Source: an uncultured Muribaculaceae bacterium
GTDB lineage: Bacteria; Bacillota_I; Bacilli_A; RF39; UBA660
Reading direction: 5' to 3'
Assembly (NCBI GenBank): GCA_964396655.1
Contig: CAYNFP010000001.1
Coordinates: 70,773 to 134,772, forward strand
DNA length: 64,000 nt
The notes beneath the pieces are model-generated. The model had not been told where the DNA came from and did no database searches. It saw nothing but the letters and a program-made list of their open reading frames with translations. Within the stretch, counting starts at the first letter, position 1. Each line of letters begins with the position of its first letter. Positions 58,958 to 64,000 of this stretch are shown here, in pieces. The position numbers were made by a program, and so were the translations under genes.

Positions 58958-59563
58958 ATGAAAAAATATTATATTTGTACTTTAGTTCAAGTTAGTGAAG
59001 AACAAGGCTATATTGGAAAAAGACAAAAGCAGATAACCTCTGAGACAGAGGACATTATTTTGGGTCGTTCAGAGGCATTAAATAATTTTAATTCAAGGAC
59101 AATAATAGTTGAGAAAACTTTAAATCCAAATATATTAAGGGAAGTTATAACTGGATTGCCAATTCCGGTTTTAAGAGTTAAAACTTGGGTAAAACAACTC
59201 CATTATATATATTCGCCCTCATATTTAGTTGGTTCTGATATTCATACTTTTGTACCAATAATATCACAAACAACATATTATGTCGAAGAAACTCGTAGAA
59301 ATTCGTCTGGTTTATATAAAGTAGATGATTTTCACACATTAAAACAATATTTATTATTACATCCAGATTCTGAAATATATAAACAAGAATTGTTAGCTTA
59401 TTTTGAACAAGGAAGAATAAAAATGCAAAATAGATTAAAAATAGAAGAAGCAAAACCAGAATTGATGACAAAGCAAACTGACTTTGAAACTTGGCTCAAA
59501 GATAGAGAACGTTATAATAAAAGTGAAATTTCAAGAATGCAAAGAGAATTAAGAAGACACTAA
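58958..59563 (+). CDS. hypothetical protein
   Basis: 201-aa ORF with TTGACA-containing upstream region and GGGGG RBS. Confidence 0.65.
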   Translation: MKKYYICTLVQVSEEQGYIGKRQKQITSETEDIILGRSEALNNFNSRTIIVEKTLNPNILREVITGLPIPVLRVKTWVKQLHYIYSPSYLVGSDIHTFVPIISQTTYYVEETRRNSSGLYKVDDFHTLKQYLLLHPDSEIYKQELLAYFEQGRIKMQNRLKIEEAKPELMTKQTDFETWLKDRERYNKSEISRMQRELRRH

Positions 59564-59700
59564 AATTTAGTGCTTTTTTTATAACATTTTCTCTGTTTTG
59601 TTATAATTTAAAAAAACATTGTTATCATTTTTAAATAAAATTTAATCAATTATTTAAAAAATATTGTATATTTTATAACTTTATGATAACATTATAAGCG

Positions 59701-59738
59701 TTAATCCGCTTCTTGTATCAATTTATAAGTAAGATTAA
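59701..59738 (+). ncRNA. ribosomal protein L19 leader-like hairpin
   Basis: TTAATC-CGCT...AA-GATTAA stem with internal loop and inner CTTGTA/TATAAG stem, just upstream of rplS. Confidence 0.55.
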
Positions 59739-59763
59739 GTAGAAAAAGAAAGGAAGATGTAAG

Positions 59764-60102
59764 ATGAATTTAATCGATAAGATTAATAGACGTCAAATTA
59801 AAACTGATATTCCTGAATTTAGAGTTGGAGATACAGTTATAGTTGATGTTAAAATTAAAGAAGGTAAAAGAGAAAGAATTCAAGCTTTTGAAGGAGTAGT
59901 AACTTCTAGAAAAGGTGGAAGTGTAACTGAAACTTTTACAGTTAGAAAGAAATCAGGCAGTGTTGGAATTAATAGAGTATTCCCAGTAAATAGCCCAATA
60001 ATCGAAAAAATCACCGTTGTTAAGAAGGGTAAAGTTAGAAGAGCTAAACTAAATTTCTTAAAAGGCAGTAAGGGTGGATTTAAAATTAAAGAAAGAAATT
60101 AG
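59764..60102 (+). CDS. rplS: 50S ribosomal protein L19
   Basis: FRVGDTV, RERIQAFEG, TFTVRK, GKVRRAKL. Confidence 0.98.
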   Translation: MNLIDKINRRQIKTDIPEFRVGDTVIVDVKIKEGKRERIQAFEGVVTSRKGGSVTETFTVRKKSGSVGINRVFPVNSPIIEKITVVKKGKVRRAKLNFLKGSKGGFKIKERN

Positions 60103-60134
60103 GTTTACACCTAATTTTTCTTTTAGGAGGAAAC

Positions 60135-60623
60135 ATGAATAATAAATTAAAAGAATTAATTCCATATATAATTATTATAATAGTGGTTTTATTAATAAGA
60201 ACTTTTTTTGTGACTCCAGCTAGAGTTGATGGAGACTCAATGCTAAATACTTTATATAATGGAGAAATTGTTATATTAAATAAAATATCTTTAAAAACAG
60301 ATGAAATAAATAGATTTGATATAATAGTTATAGATTATGAAAATGATTTACTAATTAAAAGAGTAATTGGATTACCTAATGAAACTATTGAATATAAAAA
60401 CAATGAATTATATATAAATGGAGAATTAACTAAAACTCCTATCAAATTTGAAGATACAGAAGATTTCAAAGAAACAACTAAAGATAATGAATATTTTGTA
60501 TTAGGAGACAATAGAGATGATTCAAAAGACAGTAGATATTTTGGTAATGTAAATTTAAGTAAAATAAAAGGTAAAGTAAATTTTGTGTTATTTCCATTTA
60601 AACATTTTGGGAAGATAGAATAG
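60135..60623 (+). CDS. lepB: signal peptidase I
   Basis: GDSM, LIKRVIGLP, GDNRDDSKDSR. Confidence 0.95.
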   Translation: MNNKLKELIPYIIIIIVVLLIRTFFVTPARVDGDSMLNTLYNGEIVILNKISLKTDEINRFDIIVIDYENDLLIKRVIGLPNETIEYKNNELYINGELTKTPIKFEDTEDFKETTKDNEYFVLGDNRDDSKDSRYFGNVNLSKIKGKVNFVLFPFKHFGKIE

Positions 60624-60659
60624 TAAAAATAACTTTATTATAAAAGATGTGAGGTTACA

Positions 60660-61205
60660 ATGAAATCTTTATTTAATTTAGAATATGTAAAAATTAATTT
60701 AAATAATTTAGAAAAGGCTTATGAAATTCAAAGACAAGAATGGCCTGATGACCCCGATTATAAAGATTTATATGATAAAGCAATTAATTCTAAAGATGAT
60801 AATGTAGAATTTTTGGTTTATGAAGGAAAAAAATTAATTGGAATTACAGGTGTAGATGTTTTTGATAATTTTAAAGATTCCATATGGCTAAATTGGTTTA
60901 CAATTTTGCCAAAATTTAGAAGAAAAGGTTATGGCGAAAAAGTTTTGCTTGATACTATAGAATATTGTAAAAATTTGAATAGATATAATAATTTTAGAAT
61001 AGATACAACCTATTATAAAGATAGACCAGCATTATTTTTATATGATAAAGTAATGGAATTAAAAGAAGAATATATAATTGAAGATACAATTGATCATAAA
61101 AACAATTTTTTAATTTATACAATAGGATTAAATGGAAAAGCTGAGCTTTGGAATAATAAATATTTAGGGTTAAGAAAATATTATGACAGTTGCAAATTAA
61201 AATAA
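60660..61205 (+). CDS. GNAT acetyltransferase
   Basis: WFTILPKFRRKGYGEKVL. Confidence 0.85.
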   Translation: MKSLFNLEYVKINLNNLEKAYEIQRQEWPDDPDYKDLYDKAINSKDDNVEFLVYEGKKLIGITGVDVFDNFKDSIWLNWFTILPKFRRKGYGEKVLLDTIEYCKNLNRYNNFRIDTTYYKDRPALFLYDKVMELKEEYIIEDTIDHKNNFLIYTIGLNGKAELWNNKYLGLRKYYDSCKLK

Positions 61206-61228
61206 AGAAAAAATAGGAGTGAAAGCAA

Positions 61229-61531
61229 ATGAAAATTATTACAATATGTGGAAGTTTAAAATTTAAAGATGAGATGATGAAGGTGGCAATGCAAATGGAA
61301 TTGAATGAAAATATTGTTTTAATTCCAATATTTCCGATGTCAGATGATAAAATTGTTTTAACAGAAGAAGAATCAACCATACTTGGTAAAATGCACAAAG
61401 AAAAAATAAAACTATCAGACGCTATTTTTGTTGTTAATGTAAATGGTTACATAGGTAATAGTACAAAAAGTGAAATTGAATATGCTAAAACATTAAATAA
61501 AGAAATCATGTATTTAGAACCATTGAAGTGA
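61229..61531 (+). CDS. small nucleoside-deoxyribosyltransferase-like fold protein
   Basis: ITICGS.KF, H..KI..SDAIFVVN..GYIG.ST..EIEYA. Confidence 0.7.
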   Translation: MKIITICGSLKFKDEMMKVAMQMELNENIVLIPIFPMSDDKIVLTEEESTILGKMHKEKIKLSDAIFVVNVNGYIGNSTKSEIEYAKTLNKEIMYLEPLK

Positions 61532-61556
61532 AAGAAAATAAAAAAGGAAATAAAAT

Positions 61557-62162
61557 ATGAATCACTGTATATTTTGTGATATCGATAATAATAAAGTTGA
61601 AAACACTATAATTGATGAGACAAATAAATTTTATATATTACCATCTATAGGGGCGTTAGTAGACGGATATGTGTTAGTAGTAAGTAAAAGACATCTAAAT
61701 TCAATGTCAGAGCTAACAAAAAGCGAAATGAATGAATATAAATTTATAATAGAAAAATATAGAAATTTATTTAAGAATATTTATGGCAAGTTCCCAATTG
61801 TATTTGAACATGGTTCACCATTATTAGATAGTGATATGAAAGCAAATAGTGTGGTACATGCACATACACATATTGTTAATCATCAATATATAGATGAAAA
61901 TGCAATTATAAAAAAATTAAATTTAGCAACAATTGATAAGATAAATAATATAAGCAATAATAAAAATTATATAATGTATATGAATTCTAATGGATCTTGC
62001 TATGTGACTTATAATTTTGAACCCATTAGTCAAATGATGAGAAAATTAATAGCAAAAGATCTTGGATTTGAGAATAAATTTGATTGGAAAAAGGAAATGT
62101 TTTTAAATAATATTAATTCAACCATTGAAAAGTTGAAGTATGTAGATAAAGGAAGTGATTAA
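61557..62162 (+). CDS. HIT-family nucleotide hydrolase
   Basis: CIFC, FEHG, HAHTHIV, SQMMRK. Confidence 0.8.
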   Translation: MNHCIFCDIDNNKVENTIIDETNKFYILPSIGALVDGYVLVVSKRHLNSMSELTKSEMNEYKFIIEKYRNLFKNIYGKFPIVFEHGSPLLDSDMKANSVVHAHTHIVNHQYIDENAIIKKLNLATIDKINNISNNKNYIMYMNSNGSCYVTYNFEPISQMMRKLIAKDLGFENKFDWKKEMFLNNINSTIEKLKYVDKGSD

Positions 62163-62164
62163 AT

Positions 62165-63019
62165 ATGGAAAATAAAGTTATAAACTGGTATCCTGGCCAT
62201 ATGGCTAAGACCAAAAGAGAAATAAAAGAATTGTTAAAAATAGTTGATATAGTTATTGAAGTTATAGATGCTAGAATACCTTTTAGTTCTCATAATAAAG
62301 ATATAGAGGAATTTTATAAAGACAAAAAAAGAATAATAGTATTCAATAAATATGATTTATGTGATAAAGACAAAACTAGTGAATTTATTAAATATTATGA
62401 ATCTTTAAATTATAGTGTTGTAACATGTGATTCTAAGAATAGTGATGATTATAAAAAAATACTAAAAACTATTGAAAATTTAATGATTAAAACAAATGTA
62501 AAAAGAAAAGAAAAAGGATTGTTACCTAAAAAAGCTAAAGCTTTAGTTGTAGGTGTTCCTAATGTTGGGAAAAGCACTTTAATTAATAAGATAGCTAATA
62601 GAAAAATAGCGGCTGTTGAAAATAAACCCGGCATAACAAGAAATATAAGTACAATAAAAATAAATGATAAGATAGATTTAATGGATACTCCAGGTATATT
62701 GTGGCCTAAAATTGATACAGAAGAAGTAGCTTTAAATTTAGCAAGCATGTCTATTATAAAAGAAGATATTTTGCCTATAGATAAAATCGCAGTTCATATT
62801 TTAAATAAATTAAATAGAAATTATAAAGATATTTTATTTAAAGAACTAGGTTTAAAAGAATATAATGATGAAATAATTATTGAAGCATATATAGTTATTT
62901 CTAAATACAAAGGTATAAAAATAATAGATGGAGAGCCAGATTATAGTAGAATAAGTGAATTAATTTTGAATTTAATTAAATCTGAAAAAATAAAAAACAT
63001 TACTTTTGATGAAATGTAA
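62165..63019 (+). CDS. rbgA: ribosome biogenesis GTPase RbgA/YlqF
   Basis: [32 protein letters not shown]. Confidence 0.97.
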   Translation: MENKVINWYPGHMAKTKREIKELLKIVDIVIEVIDARIPFSSHNKDIEEFYKDKKRIIVFNKYDLCDKDKTSEFIKYYESLNYSVVTCDSKNSDDYKKILKTIENLMIKTNVKRKEKGLLPKKAKALVVGVPNVGKSTLINKIANRKIAAVENKPGITRNISTIKINDKIDLMDTPGILWPKIDTEEVALNLASMSIIKEDILPIDKIAVHILNKLNRNYKDILFKELGLKEYNDEIIIEAYIVISKYKGIKIIDGEPDYSRISELILNLIKSEKIKNITFDEM

Positions 63020-63053
63020 TGTTTTTTTAAGTTTTTATTGTATAATAATTCTT

Positions 63054-63689
63054 ATGGGAATGTTATATTTTGAAAAAAAATTATATAAAAATAAAATTGA
63101 ATTAATAGGTGGAATTGACGAAGTTGGAAGAGGTCCTTTAATTGGACCTGTAGTTGCCTCTTGTGTAATATTGCCTAAAAATTTTTATGTGAAAGAAATT
63201 AATGATTCTAAAAAATTATCTGAGAAAAAAAGAGAGTTTCTATATGACATAATTGTTAAAAATGCTATAAGTATTGGCATAGGAATTGTTTCTGCTCAAA
63301 TTATTGATGAAATAAATATATATGAGGCTACCAAAGTAGCGATGAAAGAAGCTATAAATAATTGTAATATTAAACCAGAGTATTTACTTATTGATGCAAT
63401 GAAATTAGATATTGATATACCACTAGAAGCTATTATTAAAGGAGATACTAAAAGTGAATCTATTGCAGCTGCATCTATAATTGCTAAAGTTACAAGAGAT
63501 AGAATGTTAATTGAGATGGATAAAGAATATCCTGGTTATAATTTTAAAAAGAATAAAGGTTATGGAACAAAAGAACATTTAAAGGCTATTGAAGAATTAG
63601 GGGTTTTAGAAGATCATAGAAGAAGTTTTAGTCCAGTAAGAGAAGCAATTAATAGAAAAAAATCTACTGAAAAAGTAGAACAAATATAG
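63054..63689 (+). CDS. rnhB: ribonuclease HII
   Basis: [36 protein letters not shown]; start probably 63054 or 63060. Confidence 0.96.
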   Translation: MGMLYFEKKLYKNKIELIGGIDEVGRGPLIGPVVASCVILPKNFYVKEINDSKKLSEKKREFLYDIIVKNAISIGIGIVSAQIIDEINIYEATKVAMKEAINNCNIKPEYLLIDAMKLDIDIPLEAIIKGDTKSESIAAASIIAKVTRDRMLIEMDKEYPGYNFKKNKGYGTKEHLKAIEELGVLEDHRRSFSPVREAINRKKSTEKVEQI

Positions 63690-63725
63690 TGAATATGTTA
63701 TAATTTATGAGAAAAGAGGTAAATA

Positions 63726-64000
63726 ATGAAAATTTTAAGTATTAATGCAGGAAGTGCAACATTAAAGTATACACTATTTGAAATGCCAGAAGAAAAAGTA
63801 TTGGTTTCAGGTAATTTTGAAAGAATAGGAATGGATAATAGTTTTTATAGTATAAAAATAAATGGAGAAAAAATTGAAAAACAAGCGGTTTTAGAAAGTC
63901 ATAAACAATCTTTTGAAATATTAGTAGATGAACTTGTAAAAAATCATATTGTTGAAGATTTAAATGATATAAAAGGAATTGGACATAGAATAGTACAAGG
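63726..64000 (+). CDS. ackA: acetate kinase, 5' part (runs off the window)
   Basis: MKILSINAGSATLKY.LFEM...ERIG...IGHRIVQG; GAGG RBS. Confidence 0.93.
   Translation, partial: MKILSINAGSATLKYTLFEMPEEKVLVSGNFERIGMDNSFYSIKINGEKIEKQAVLESHKQSFEILVDELVKNHIVEDLNDIKGIGHRIVQ

Noticed and set aside
1655-62748. Short ORFs antisense to or nested in longer genes (e.g. 1655-1924, 5281-5592, 11755-12159, 16133-16324, 46685-46870, 47968-48180, 60994-61398, 62449-62748)
   Set aside because: Shadow ORFs of well-supported genes, with no RBS or recognisable motif and composition typical of off-frame translation

Overview
Very AT-rich chromosomal window from a low-GC Bacillota organism (inferred: a reduced-genome Bacilli lineage; standard code, TGA is stop). 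Almost all genes are on the + strand. Main content in order: orphan ORFs; an eight-gene NAD salvage cluster (pncA-pncB-nudix-pnuC-nadR-nadE-nadD-nrtR) followed by a prepilin and tRNA-His; a run of single-gene units downstream of the tRNA, separated by decayed copies of the tRNA 3' end/terminator and a repeated promoter motif; spore-related dpaA-dpaB-dapA and asnB; nucleotide-hydrolase genes; an ECF sigma/RsgI-like pair; a P-type ATPase; a frameshifted IS1202-like element with a 16-bp target duplication; two fused ABC transporters; an AbiEi/AbiEii module with its operator; phosphoketolase; a tandem array of six small orphan ORFs, five sharing an N-terminal 'AN(R)E' motif and three a C-terminal 'NSRxLxR' motif; aspS under an unusual compact, apparently translational T-box; serS; and the rimM-trmD-rplS-lepB-rbgA-rnhB-ackA housekeeping region. 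The best novelty candidates are the small-ORF array (46376-48230), the compact aspS T-box, the tRNA-His-anchored cassette-like array with an ADP-ribosyltransferase-like first gene, and the consolidated NAD cluster. All family calls are by motif recognition only; no searches were run.
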